This document shows, piece after piece, positions 16,481 to 26,837 of a DNA stretch of 28,929 bases. This DNA is from an uncultured Verrucomicrobiae bacterium. GTDB lineage: Bacteria; Verrucomicrobiota; Verrucomicrobiia; Palsa-1439. The position numbers and the translations under genes are program-made. The notes beneath the pieces were generated by a model. It was given only the letters and a program-made list of their open reading frames with translations, ran no database searches and had not been told where the DNA came from. Position 1 is the first letter of the stretch, and each line of letters opens with the position of its first letter. Location of the stretch: NCBI GenBank assembly GCA_963812605.1, contig CAWEWF010000015.1:1-28929 (forward strand), written 5' to 3'.

Positions 16481-18689
16481 TTCGATACTTCTTCGCCGCT
16501 GATTTGTACCGGTTTTCTGCCTGTCCACTTTCAACCTGTCGTCTGACCACGAAAAATGCGTCAGGGAATAGGCGCCACGTTCGTAGTTAAAACTTTCGCC
16601 GTCGTCTTCGTAAAGATAGCCGGTGGTCTTCTTGCCCGGATAAACGTCGAGAATAATCTCCCCGCTCGTTTTTCGACCAATAAATTCCATCGGTTTGGTC
16701 ATGGGTATGATTGAACCAGCGCGCACGAAAAGCGGCAGCGTATCGAATGGCGCCGGCGCGGTGACGTACTGGCCGCCACCATGTTTTTGTTTCGTCCAAT
16801 AATCGTACCAGTCGCTGTTCGCCGGCAGATAAACCGCGCGTTGGCGGGCTCCTGGTTTGAGAATCGGTGCGACGAGCAATGACCCGCCGAGAAGAAACTG
16901 GTCATCCACTGCGTAGCCGTGCGGATCGTCGGGGAATTCCCAGAACAGGGGCCGCATGATCGGCGCCGCAGTTGCCGTTGCTTCATGGAAAAGGTTATAG
17001 AAATACGGCAGAAGTTGGTAGCGCAAGCTGATGTAGCGCCGGCAAACATCCTCCACCTTCCTGCCAAACGCCCAGGGTTCCTGCCGTCGCGTCTGCAACG
17101 CGGTATGGTTGCGGAAAAATGGAAAAAACGCCCCGGCCTGCGTCCACCGCGCGAGTAGTTCTCCGGTACAGTTGCCACCAAAGCCGCCGACATCGGGACC
17201 GCAGAAAGGGACACCGGAGAGACTGAGATTCAGGCACTCGGGAATGCTAATTGCCAATTGCTCCCACAAACTCTGGTTGTCGCCGGTCCACACCATCGAA
17301 TAGCGCTGAATGCCGGCATAGGCCGCGCGGGTGATCACGAAAGGTCGCTGCTTCGGCTGCAATTTGCGCAAGGCCTCGTGACAGGCGCGCGCCATATTGA
17401 AACCGTACACATTGTGGGCGCGGGCGTGCGTGGTCGGCTGGCCATCGTAATCGTGCGCGATATCGAGCGGCATGGTGCCGCCGGGATGATTCCATACCGC
17501 TGGCTCGTTCATGTCATTCCAGATCCCCGCCACGCCCGCATCCAGCAATTCTTTGTGCCACGGTCCCCACCATTGCCGTACCCGCGGGCTGGTAAAATCC
17601 GGAAACAGGCACTCGCCGGGCCACACATTGCCGGTAAACCACCCGCCTTCCGGTTTTTTTACGAACATCCCCTTCTCTCGCCCATCACGGCACACAGCTG
17701 TATTTGCTGTCGTTCTTCACGCCAGGATCGATGATCGTAACGAGTTTGAAGCCCATCCGGGCAAGATTCTGGATCATTTTGCGCGGTTGCGGGAACGTCT
17801 TCGGGTTCCAGGTAAATACACGGTAACCGTCCATGTAATCGATATCGCAATAGATGACATCGCAAGGGATCTTGCGTTTGCGGAAATTCCTCGCGATGTC
17901 CATGATCTCTGCAGCCCTCATGTAGCTCCAGCGGGACTGCTGAAAACCCAGCGCCCATCGTGGCGGCATCCACATCCTTCCGGTCAATTGCGCGTAACCG
18001 CGCACCACGTCGTGCACTGAGTCGCCGGCAAAAAAATAGTAATCGACCTCGCCGGCGTCGGATTCGAGAATGTAATGCCTCTCGTCCGCAACCCGCCCCA
18101 GGTTGAACCGCGTCCGATGTGTGTTATCCCAAAAGATGCCGTAATGCGCACTCGGCCTGGTGGAAATCAAGAAGGGAATCGAAACGTAAATGGCCTCGGA
18201 CAGGTATGTGTGATTCGGATCGTCTTTATTCCAGAACGTCGTTCTCGACCCGCGCTTGTTGAACGGGCTGGTTTTCTCGCCGCAACCGAAAAACATCTCA
18301 TCCGCCGCGAGTTGCCGGTGGCTGCGACATTTATTCCCCTCCCACCCCATCCCGTGCGCCTGCTGGTCGCCATTCAATGCCGTACCGTCGGCCCTGGCGA
18401 ACTTGATCCGCAACGGCGCTTTGGCGATGGTCACCAGCAGTTTCTTCGTGCGCAGGGTGACCACTTTGCCATCCCGAACCGTTGCCTTCACCTTCGGCCA
18501 TTTCGTTTTCGCAACCGCATACGAGAAGTCCGGACCGAACTCGCCGGCTTGCGTCGCGCGCACGCGAACGATGCCGTCGCTGAGAATCGCAACGCGAACC
18601 CGTCCATGCTCGCAGCGAAAATCGAGAGTATTGCCGCGCCTCGTGAATTTTCGAACCGCTCCGACACTTTGAAATTGTGGGTTCAGCAC
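16464..18689 (-). CDS. Glycoside hydrolase family 31 alpha-glucosidase; apparent frameshifts near 17698 and 16509
   Basis: The N-half (17685..18689) has PPRWALGFQQSRWSY, IPCDVIYCDIDYMDGYRVFTW and IIDPGVK. The C-half has GIWNDMNEP (nucleophile), WTGDN, DVGGF, FPFFRNH and LYEDDGES. A further 1-nt correction near 16509 gives GYKSAAKKYRTIVAR* ending at 16464 and removes a ~190-nt overlap with the MPG gene. Confidence 0.88.
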
Positions 18690-18771
18690 CTGAATAGTCC
18701 TTTACTGGCGGGACATTCTTCTTATGCGCGGGGAAAAAGCAAGCACGGAGGCTGGCGCGGCACGAACGAGC

Positions 18772-21495
18772 TTACGGAACGAGCCAAACGCGGTAGAAGC
18801 GCTGGGTCTGCGATGCGGCACCGACATCGAGGTAGTTGGTCACCGAGCCGACGGTATCGGTCGCAATAAACAAGTCTGTGAAATTGTTCGAGAAACCACT
18901 GCCCGCACTCGTCGTGACCTGCAATGAATTGGTTTTGCCGCTGCCCATCGTCCATGTCACACGCACGTCATTGCCTTCTCGTGCGATGGCGGTAATGCCA
19001 AAGAATGACGCGGCATTGGTCGGGTCGGTTCCAGCCAGATATTCCTGCAAGTTGGACATACCGTCGCCATCGGAATCCTTATTGGCGAGTTTCGAATCCA
19101 GCGGATCGAGGCCGTACTGTTGCTTCCATCCGTTCGGGATGCCATCACCGACCGCGCTCAAATTCGGATCGAGCACGAGCGTGCCAACGATCAATGTGCC
19201 GCCGTTGCGAACGAATAATCCACAGCCGCTGGTCATGACGAGCTGGTCCACAGTGACCGTACCGGAGTTCAGCGTGAACGTCCCGCTACGGACCTCGAGC
19301 ACTGCGGTACCACTGGCGTTGGTCACAAACAGGCTGCCCCCGTTGACAGTCGTGCTGCCAGGGTAGTCAAAGGGGTCACCGAAGTACGATCCGCAGTCGC
19401 CGACCAACAGGTTGGAAGAGACAATTTCCGTGCCGCCCAGCAGGGAAAGAGTGCCTTGCTGGATAATTACATTCCGCGCCAGCGTTGTCCCGTTGGATAC
19501 CGACATTTGCGAGCCGGCTTGAAGGTCGGTCATGCCATTGGTGACGACCAACTGGCCGCCGGTAACCCACACCGATGCTCGCGAATCGAGGTTAAGATCG
19601 GACACCAAGCAGACTGTGCCGCCAGCAACGGTAAGCTGGTTGTCGGCTGAATAACCAGAACCGATGCCGATAAACATCGGCCCGGCCAGTACCGTTCCAT
19701 TAGAAACTGTCAGTTCGCCCGCGGTAAAGGTGCCGAGTAACGTGGTGTCGTTCGTGGCCGTCAGTGTTCCTCCAAGAATGCTCACCTTGCCGCCGATATC
19801 GAAGGAACCACCCACCAGCACCGCCGAATTTGTGACTAACAAGCAACCTCCGGACTCAACGTCGAGCCCGCCGAGAAGCCGCAAGGGAGTGTTGGTACCC
19901 GCGTCGCTCACCATCAGGGTGTTGATCGATCCTGACGGCGCAGTCAACGTGAGCGAACGAATAAATATTGAATCGGGGAAATTGCTGGAGGTGAGCGCAT
20001 CGATGGTTACAGTCTTGACGCCGGCGTTGGCAACCTGGATCCCGGCCTGCGGGAGAAACGGAAGCACACCCAGCGACCAATCGCCGCTTGTTTCCCATTT
20101 GTCAGAATCGCCCGTCCAACTGTTCACCGGCCCGACCACACCGTCAGCCGCATTCAAGGGGTCGAATCCGTGGCTCTGTTCCCACCCGTTCGGCAGTCCA
20201 TCCCCATCAGCATCCAGATTTGGATCGAGGACCAGGTCCCCGACAACGAGTGTACCGCCGTTGCGAACAAACAAGCCGCAAGAATTCGTCATGACCAGCC
20301 TGTCAATCCACAGGAAACCGCCGTCCACAATCAGCTGCCCATTGGCCACGTCGACCGTGGCATCGTGTGCGGTATTGATAACAAACACATCGCCGCCGTT
20401 CACGGTCAACACGCCTGATCCGCCAGCGTTGCAGTCGCCGATAACAATGCTGGACGAGATGATCCCGACGCCTCCGGCAAACATCAATGTGCTTTGCGTA
20501 TTGGGGTTCGAACCCAGGCGAATGTTCTGTGCCAGCACGGTCCCGTTGGATACCGTCACGCTGCCGTCGCCACCGTCCCCGACGGAAATGGTGCCGTTTG
20601 TGACATTCAGTTGGCCACCGCTCATCCACGCGGCTCCTGTCGTCCCTGAATAAGGGGCGATTCCGAGGTCGTTGTTGATCGTGACCGTGCCGCCACTGAT
20701 CGTCAGCGTGCCCTCCCCTCCGTCCGAGCCGGCCCCGGCGTAGATGTATCCAGCCAGGACGGTCCCATTCGAGACCGCCAGTTGACCGACACTCCCAGAG
20801 TAAAGCCCAATCCCAATCGTCGCATTCGGATCCAACAGCTGCCCGCCAGTCACGCATACCGATCCGTCACCGAAAATGCCAATAGCCAAATCGTAGACCA
20901 ATTCAGTCGTGCCGCCGGCTATCCTCAGGACTCTCTTCGGCCCATGCGATGCGCCCACCTGCATGTATTGTGTGAAAAATGTGCCGTTGGATACGGTCAT
21001 CTCAGAATCGTCGCCGTCGATGAATGTTCCCGCTGCGAAATTATTCGCCACGGTCACCGATCCGTCTAGCAAAGTGACGGCGCCATTGACGCTGAACCCG
21101 TTGGCGGCGTTTATTGCGGAACCGGTGATCAGCAGGACTCCTCCATCCCCAATCGTCAATTGATCCAGGATTTGCAACGGTGTGCCGATGCCGGCGTTGG
21201 AAAGAAAGAGCGTGTTGGTTGAATTCACGGGCGCCGAGACTGTCAGGTCATTGATCGTCAAGGTATCCGGAGAATTTCCTGAAGTCGTGGCGTCGATCGT
21301 GACGGTCTTGGTCGTGTCGTTCGTGATGAGAATGGTTGATTGCGTGTTGGTCGGCGGGACACCCAGCGACCAGTTGCTGCCAGTTTCCCATTTATCGCTG
21401 GCAGCCGTCCAACTGTTGTCGTCGGCGCGGGCGGCGTAAGCAACAAAGATAGCGAGCGTGGCGACAATAATTGCGGCAGCGAACCTTGACTTCAT
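18772..21495 (-). CDS. Large secreted beta-helical surface protein, internally duplicated, with DxDGDG Ca-binding motifs and C-terminal FYRV sorting-like domain
   Basis: Signal peptide; two homologous halves each starting NSWT..SDKWET...WSLGV.P and ending LVMT..CGLFVRNGGTL.VG.LVLDPNL...GDG.PNGW. Ends with DSDGDGMSNLQEYLAGTDP and TNYLDVGAASQTQRFYRV. Confidence 0.82.
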   Translation of the reverse strand: MKSRFAAAIIVATLAIFVAYAARADDNSWTAASDKWETGSNWSLGVPPTNTQSTILITNDTTKTVTIDATTSGNSPDTLTINDLTVSAPVNSTNTLFLSNAGIGTPLQILDQLTIGDGGVLLITGSAINAANGFSVNGAVTLLDGSVTVANNFAAGTFIDGDDSEMTVSNGTFFTQYMQVGASHGPKRVLRIAGGTTELVYDLAIGIFGDGSVCVTGGQLLDPNATIGIGLYSGSVGQLAVSNGTVLAGYIYAGAGSDGGEGTLTISGGTVTINNDLGIAPYSGTTGAAWMSGGQLNVTNGTISVGDGGDGSVTVSNGTVLAQNIRLGSNPNTQSTLMFAGGVGIISSSIVIGDCNAGGSGVLTVNGGDVFVINTAHDATVDVANGQLIVDGGFLWIDRLVMTNSCGLFVRNGGTLVVGDLVLDPNLDADGDGLPNGWEQSHGFDPLNAADGVVGPVNSWTGDSDKWETSGDWSLGVLPFLPQAGIQVANAGVKTVTIDALTSSNFPDSIFIRSLTLTAPSGSINTLMVSDAGTNTPLRLLGGLDVESGGCLLVTNSAVLVGGSFDIGGKVSILGGTLTATNDTTLLGTFTAGELTVSNGTVLAGPMFIGIGSGYSADNQLTVAGGTVCLVSDLNLDSRASVWVTGGQLVVTNGMTDLQAGSQMSVSNGTTLARNVIIQQGTLSLLGGTEIVSSNLLVGDCGSYFGDPFDYPGSTTVNGGSLFVTNASGTAVLEVRSGTFTLNSGTVTVDQLVMTSGCGLFVRNGGTLIVGTLVLDPNLSAVGDGIPNGWKQQYGLDPLDSKLANKDSDGDGMSNLQEYLAGTDPTNAASFFGITAIAREGNDVRVTWTMGSGKTNSLQVTTSAGSGFSNNFTDLFIATDTVGSVTNYLDVGAASQTQRFYRVWLVP

Positions 21496-21686
21496 ATCAC
21501 CTCATCCCAAGATTACCGGCCCTGCTTCTCCAGATATCAGTAAAACATTACGCTACAGTGAGGTCAAGATAATAGGGCTATAACCTGCGTGATTTCCTCT
21601 TTGATTGCCATCCCTCGCAGACTACACTTATCACTCATGTCGCCTTCCAAAGATGAAGCGGATCGTCTGGGTGTCCTTTTGTCGCC

Positions 21687-23655
21687 ATGACTGATGCATC
21701 CTCGTGCCGTCGCGGTCTTCTGATCTGTCTGTGTCTGGCAACCGTCACGGCCGCGATTTATTGGCCGGTCCGCCGCTTCGAGTTTACCAACTACGACGAT
21801 GACACTTACGTCACCGAGAACCCATACGTACAGAGCGGCCTCACACGGCCCGGGATTGCCTGGGCATTCACCTCAACCCACTTCAGCATTTGGATGCCGG
21901 TGACCTGGTTGTCCTGCATGGCTGATTGCCAGCTCTTCGGGTTGAATGCCGCCGCGCATCATCTGGTCAACCTCCTCTTCCATATCGTCGATACACTCCT
22001 GCTCTTCATCGTGCTCAATCGTATGACCGCCGCATTGTGGCGAAGCGCGTTGGTCGCCGCGCTGTTTGCTCTGCATCCGCTTCACGTGGAATCCGTGGCC
22101 TGGGTGGCGGAGCGCAAGGATGTCCTGAGTGCGCTCTTCTGGATGCTGACGATGCTGGCGTACGTCCGCTATGTCGAAAATCCCAATCGCCTGCGCTACG
22201 CGCTGACGCTAGGACTGTACGCCTTGGGACTGATGGCCAAGCCGATGCTGGTGACCCTCCCCTTCGTCTTCTTGCTGCTGGATTATTGGCCCTTGGGCCG
22301 GACCCGCTGGAACGTCATCCGTGGTCGGGGTGAAAGCAAAAAGCTCTCCCGGCTGTTTACTGCTGGAAAAACTACCGTTCTTCGCCCTGATGATCATCAC
22401 AAGCGTCATAACCTATTGGGCCGAGCAACGCGGTGGCTCAATCGTACTATTGGACAGACTTCCCGTCACTACTCGCCTGGCAAACGCCCTGATGTCCTAC
22501 GCGCGGTACCTCGGAAATATTCTCTGGCCGGTGAATCTGGCCGTTTACTATCCTTATCAGACTTGGTCGTTCCCTGCAGTGTGTGGTGTGGCGATGGTTC
22601 TGGCTGCCGTGTCATTGTTGGCGGTCTCGAGATTAAAACGTCAACCGTACCTCGCCATCGGCTGGCTGTGGTATCTGGGCACCTTGGTGCCGGTGATCGG
22701 CCTGGTACAGGTGGGGACCTTTTCAATGGCGGATCGCTACATGTATATCCCCTCGGTCGGATTGTTCCTGATGCTGGTCTGGTGTCTGCCCGGCGATCTG
22801 GCAAAGCGATCCGTGATAAGAATTCCGGCGGCAACCGTCGCGGTTGCGTTGCTCCTGGGTTGCACGTTGTTGACCGCGCAACAGGTCCAGTACTGGCAAA
22901 ACAGCGAGACCCTTTTCCGTCACGCCCTGCGCGTCACGAAAGACAATGTTGTCGCTCACGAAAACCTTGGGAAAACTTTGGCGGAACATCGCCGTCTTGG
23001 CGAAGCGGCCAGCGAATTTTTAGCAGCGCTGCGAATCAACCCCGGCTCGGCGACGGCACACAGCAACCTCGCCAGCGCCCTGGCCGCTCAGGGGAGATTC
23101 GCCGCGGCGATTGCGGAATATCAAGCCGCCCTGCGGATCAGGCCCGACTCCGCCGAGGCCCACTACAACCTGGGTGTTGCCCTGGCGAGCCAGGGAAAAA
23201 TGTCGGATGCGATCCGCGAGTTCGCACTGGCGCGACAATTCAATCCTGACCATGCGGAGGCGCACTACAACCTGGGGGCCCTTCTGGCCAGTCAGGGGAA
23301 AACAGCCGAGGCCATCGCGGAATACCGGCAGGCAGTTCGTCTGCGACCCAACTGGCCGCTGCCACTCAAGGGGCTGGCTTGGATTTTGGCAACGAATGGG
23401 AATGCGAACTTCCGCAATGCCGGCGAGGCCGTACAACTGGCCGAACGGCTTTGCACCCTGACTGACAACAAGCGGGTCGATGCCCTGGACACGCTCGCCG
23501 CCGCCTATGCCGAGGCCGGCCGATTCAAGGAGGCCATTCAGTCAGCCCAAAAAGCAATTGCGTTGGCGGACGCCGGCAACGAAAGAGAATTCGCCGCGCA
23601 CATTCAAGAGCGGTTGAATCTCTATCAGGCAGGCCGACCGTATCGCGAGGGGTAA
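21687..23655 (+). CDS. TMTC-like GT-C membrane glycosyltransferase with C-terminal TPR repeats; apparent +1 frameshift near 22356
   Basis: FTNYDDDTYVTENP, HPLHVESVAWVAERKDVL and LMAKPMLVTLP..LLLLDYWPL in one frame. LLEKLPFF, ADRYMYIP, YWQNSETLF and AHYNLG TPR repeats follow in the next frame. Confidence 0.85.
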
Positions 23656-23670
23656 AGCGCCACCGACGGC

Positions 23671-25503
23671 TCAGGCAACAACTTCGGCGGACTGGGATTG
23701 CGCGGCGCGCTTGCGCTGCGTGGCATTCAGGATCTTCTTGCGGAGACGAAGATTCTTCGGCGTGGCTTCGACGTATTCGTCAGCGGCGATATACTCCAGC
23801 GCGCGTTCGAGGCTCATCTTCAGCGGAGGTTCCAATTGAATCCCTTTGCCGTCACCCTGGCTACGCATGTTCGTCAAGTGTTTGGTCTTGGTCGGGTTGA
23901 CGGGCATATCCTCGGCACGCGGGTTTTCCCCGATGATCATGCCAGCGTAAACTTCTTCCTGCGGACCGACAAAAAGACGGCCGCGTTCCTGGATATTATT
24001 CAGCGCCCAGGCTGTGGCGATGCCGGTTTCCATGGAAACCAACGTCCCGGTGAGTCGTGTCGTGATTTCGCCGCTGAAAGGTTCATAGCTCTTGAACATA
24101 TGGCTGATCACGCCGCGGCCACTCGTGAGGTTGACGAGGTCTGTCTCCAAGCCGATGAGACCCCGTGTCGGGATCGTGCATTCGAGACTGACACCATGGA
24201 GATGGTGCTGCATGTTGGTGATCTGGGCCTTGCGGCCGGCCAGGTTTTGCATCACGTCGCCGAGACATTCGTTGGGCACTTCCGCCCACAACGTCTCAAA
24301 CGGCTCCAACGTGCGACCCGAGGGATCCTTCTTCAGGATCACTTCGGGACGCGAGACAAGGACTTCGTATCCTTCGCGGCGCATTTGCTCGACGAGCACC
24401 GCGATCTGCATCTCGCCGCGGGCGCTGACGAGGAAAATGTAGGCCGCCTCGGTGTCCTGGACAATCAGGGAAATGTTCGTGCGAATCTCTTTGTAGAGGC
24501 GCTCGCGAATATGACGCGCGGTGACGAATTTGCCGTCCTTGCCCGCCAGCGGGCCCTCGTTGACGGCGAATTGCATCTGGATCGTGGGCGGATCGAGTTC
24601 GGTCCACGGCACCGGATCGCGTTCCTCGCTGTCGCAGAGAGTCTCACCGATGGCCAGTTCTTCGAATCCCGAGATGCCGACGATATTCCCCGCCTCGCCG
24701 TTGACGATTTCGCCGGACTTCAGGCCGCTGAATTCCCAGACTTTTGTCACAGCGGCGCGTTCGCGCTTGCCATCTTTATGAATACACACGATGGAGTCGC
24801 CGATCTTCACGGTGCCGCCGGTGATCTTGCCGATGGCAATCCGCCCCACATAATCGCTCCAATCGAGATTGCTGATGAGCATTTGAAACGGCGCCTTGAT
24901 ATCGGCTGCCGGCGCGGGGATGTGCTGTAAAATGGTTTCGAACAACGGCGTCATGCCGTTGGTGATCGGGTCGCCAATTTTTTTCACGGCGTACCCATTG
25001 CGGGCGCTCGCGTAAATGAACGGAGCGTTAAATTGCTCTTCGGTGGCGTTCAACTCCAGCAAAAGCTCCAGCACCTTGTCGTGCATCTTGTGCGGGTCGG
25101 CGTGTTCGCGGTCGATCTTGTTGATGACCACGATCACCTTGAGGCCGTGGCTCAGCGCTTTCTTCAATACGAAGCGCGTCTGCGCCTGGGGACCATCGAA
25201 CGCGTCCACCAATAGCAACACGCCGTCCACCATGCCGAGGATGCGTTCCACTTCCCCGCCGAAATCCGCATGGCCAGGCGTGTCCACAATATTAATGGTA
25301 TGGCCGCCCCAATGGACGGAGGCGTTCTTGGCCTTGATGGTGATGCCCTTCTCCTTTTCAAGGTCCATCGAATCCATTGCGCGCTCTTCCATGGCCTGGT
25401 TGGCGCGATAGACCCCACCCTCGCGCAACAGCTTGTCCACCAGCGTCGTCTTGCCGTGGTCAACGTGCGCAATAATACCGATATTTCGAATGTTGCTGTT
25501 CAT
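23671..25503 (-). CDS. typA: Translational GTPase TypA/BipA
   Basis: IRNIGIIAHVDHGKTTLVD, EKGITI, DTPGHADFGGEVER, NKID, RGEMQ..VLVEQMRREGYE, PTRGLIG and EYVE.TP..LRLRK. Start at ATG 25503 (610 aa). Confidence 0.97.
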   Translation of the reverse strand: MNSNIRNIGIIAHVDHGKTTLVDKLLREGGVYRANQAMEERAMDSMDLEKEKGITIKAKNASVHWGGHTINIVDTPGHADFGGEVERILGMVDGVLLLVDAFDGPQAQTRFVLKKALSHGLKVIVVINKIDREHADPHKMHDKVLELLLELNATEEQFNAPFIYASARNGYAVKKIGDPITNGMTPLFETILQHIPAPAADIKAPFQMLISNLDWSDYVGRIAIGKITGGTVKIGDSIVCIHKDGKRERAAVTKVWEFSGLKSGEIVNGEAGNIVGISGFEELAIGETLCDSEERDPVPWTELDPPTIQMQFAVNEGPLAGKDGKFVTARHIRERLYKEIRTNISLIVQDTEAAYIFLVSARGEMQIAVLVEQMRREGYEVLVSRPEVILKKDPSGRTLEPFETLWAEVPNECLGDVMQNLAGRKAQITNMQHHLHGVSLECTIPTRGLIGLETDLVNLTSGRGVISHMFKSYEPFSGEITTRLTGTLVSMETGIATAWALNNIQERGRLFVGPQEEVYAGMIIGENPRAEDMPVNPTKTKHLTNMRSQGDGKGIQLEPPLKMSLERALEYIAADEYVEATPKNLRLRKKILNATQRKRAAQSQSAEVVA

Positions 25504-25613
25504 GTCTTTACGTCCGAGGAAAGAATTACGCCTCAGGAGGCGGGTCAATGTAATAGAACTGGGGAAAAATGCAAGGCTTTTGCAAATACGCCAGAAAACG
25601 CCCAAAAGGAGGT

Positions 25614-25689
25614 TGGTGGAGACGACGGGAGTTGAACCCGTGGCCTCCGCAATGCCATTGCGGCGCTCTACCAACTGAGCTACGTCCCC
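25614..25689 (-). tRNA. tRNA-Ala (anticodon GGC)
   Basis: Reverse complement GGGGACGTAGCTCAGTTGGTAGAGCGCCGCAATGGCATTGCGGAGGCCACGGGTTCAACTCCCGTCGTCTCCACCA: 76-nt cloverleaf, G3:U70 pair, encoded CCA. Confidence 0.97.
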
Positions 25690-25717
25690 AACCATTTCGT
25701 GGCGACTTTGCGCAGCG

Positions 25718-25746
25718 ATGCTACCGCCCGCCCGCGCGATTGTCAA
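25718..25746 (-). promoter_or_regulatory. Putative sigma70 promoter for tRNA-Ala
   Basis: TTGACA-17 nt-TAGCAT on the minus strand, 28 nt upstream of the tRNA 5' end. Confidence 0.65.
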
Positions 25747-25842
25747 ATTCTCTACCGCGTGTCCGTAAACATCGACTCTTTTTCCTCGCGGCGTTTCTTT
25801 GACGGTTTGCAAAACATCTTACTTGGGATTACAGGTTCGGGA

Positions 25843-26835
25843 ATGCGAGCAAGTCTTCCCAGAGAATCGAAAAAGCCGAAGCTGTCTCCTTTTGCGAACT
25901 TCGGCAGATTATTGGTCTTCACACTCTGTCTTCGATTCGCCGCTGCCGACGCGGCGCAAACCAACGCGCAGATCTTCGTTGGCAAGTCGAGGATTGATCT
26001 CGTATTCACGTCCACTCCCCCGGAGCCGCTGCGGCCTGTCATTCTCAACTGGGTAAGCGCGGCGGCGCGGGCTGTGACGACATACTATGGACAGTTCCCC
26101 GTGGTGCACCTGAACATCCAGGTGAGCTTGGACGACGGACACGGCGCTGAGTCCGGTCAGGCGTCTGGCTCGAATGGTGCGCTGATCACTGTTTCGGTCG
26201 GACGGTCCAGCACGGCCAGTGATCTTGCGCGTTCATGGCTCATGACCCACGAGATGGTGCACCTGGCATTTCCCGGCGTGGCTCGGAAGCATCACTGGAT
26301 TGAAGAAGGCCTCGCAACCTACGTGGAGCCCATCGCGCGGGCGCGTGATGGCGAGTTGTCGGCCGAAAAAGTTTGGGGAGATATGGTGCGCGGAATGCCG
26401 CAAGGCTTGCCGCAACCGGGCGATCAAGGACTCGATTTCACTCATACCTGGGCCAATACCTACTGGGGCGGCGCACGATTCTGTTTGCTGGCCGATATCG
26501 AAATTCGCAAACGCACCGATAACAAGCTGGGTTTGGAAGACGCCTTGCGCCCGATCCTGAAACATGGTGGAACCATCGAAGCCGACTGGGACCTCTTGCG
26601 CGCCCTCGAAATTGGCGACCGCGCCACGGGCGTTCCGGTTCTGCGTGAACTCTACGACAAAATGAGCGCCACCCCGCAGTCAACGGATTTGGACAAACTC
26701 TGGAAGGACCTTGGCGTCGAGAGCAGCGGAGGGCGAATCGTCTTCGATGACACTGCGCCGCTGGCTCCCATTCGCAAAGCCATCACGCAACCAGTTCCCA
26801 ATTCCGAGCTTCCTCAAATCCTGCCAGAACCGTGA
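25843..26835 (+). CDS. Putative secreted gluzincin-like zinc metallopeptidase
   Basis: THEMVHL (HExxH) followed by WIEEGLATY (third-ligand motif) and a downstream TYWGGA; signal-like hydrophobic segment. Start uncertain. Confidence 0.7.
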   Translation: MRASLPRESKKPKLSPFANFGRLLVFTLCLRFAAADAAQTNAQIFVGKSRIDLVFTSTPPEPLRPVILNWVSAAARAVTTYYGQFPVVHLNIQVSLDDGHGAESGQASGSNGALITVSVGRSSTASDLARSWLMTHEMVHLAFPGVARKHHWIEEGLATYVEPIARARDGELSAEKVWGDMVRGMPQGLPQPGDQGLDFTHTWANTYWGGARFCLLADIEIRKRTDNKLGLEDALRPILKHGGTIEADWDLLRALEIGDRATGVPVLRELYDKMSATPQSTDLDKLWKDLGVESSGGRIVFDDTAPLAPIRKAITQPVPNSELPQILPEP

Positions 26836-26837
26836 CC

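Noticed and set aside
23698-24930. 410-aa antisense ORF over typA
   Set aside because: Antisense shadow of a conserved GC-rich gene.
25590-25640. Island integrated at the tRNA-Ala 3' end
   Set aside because: No duplicate of the tRNA 3' end was seen, and typA follows directly.
25504-25812. 103-aa N-terminal extension of TypA
   Set aside because: Runs through the tRNA-Ala gene and its promoter; TypA homology starts at ATG 25503.
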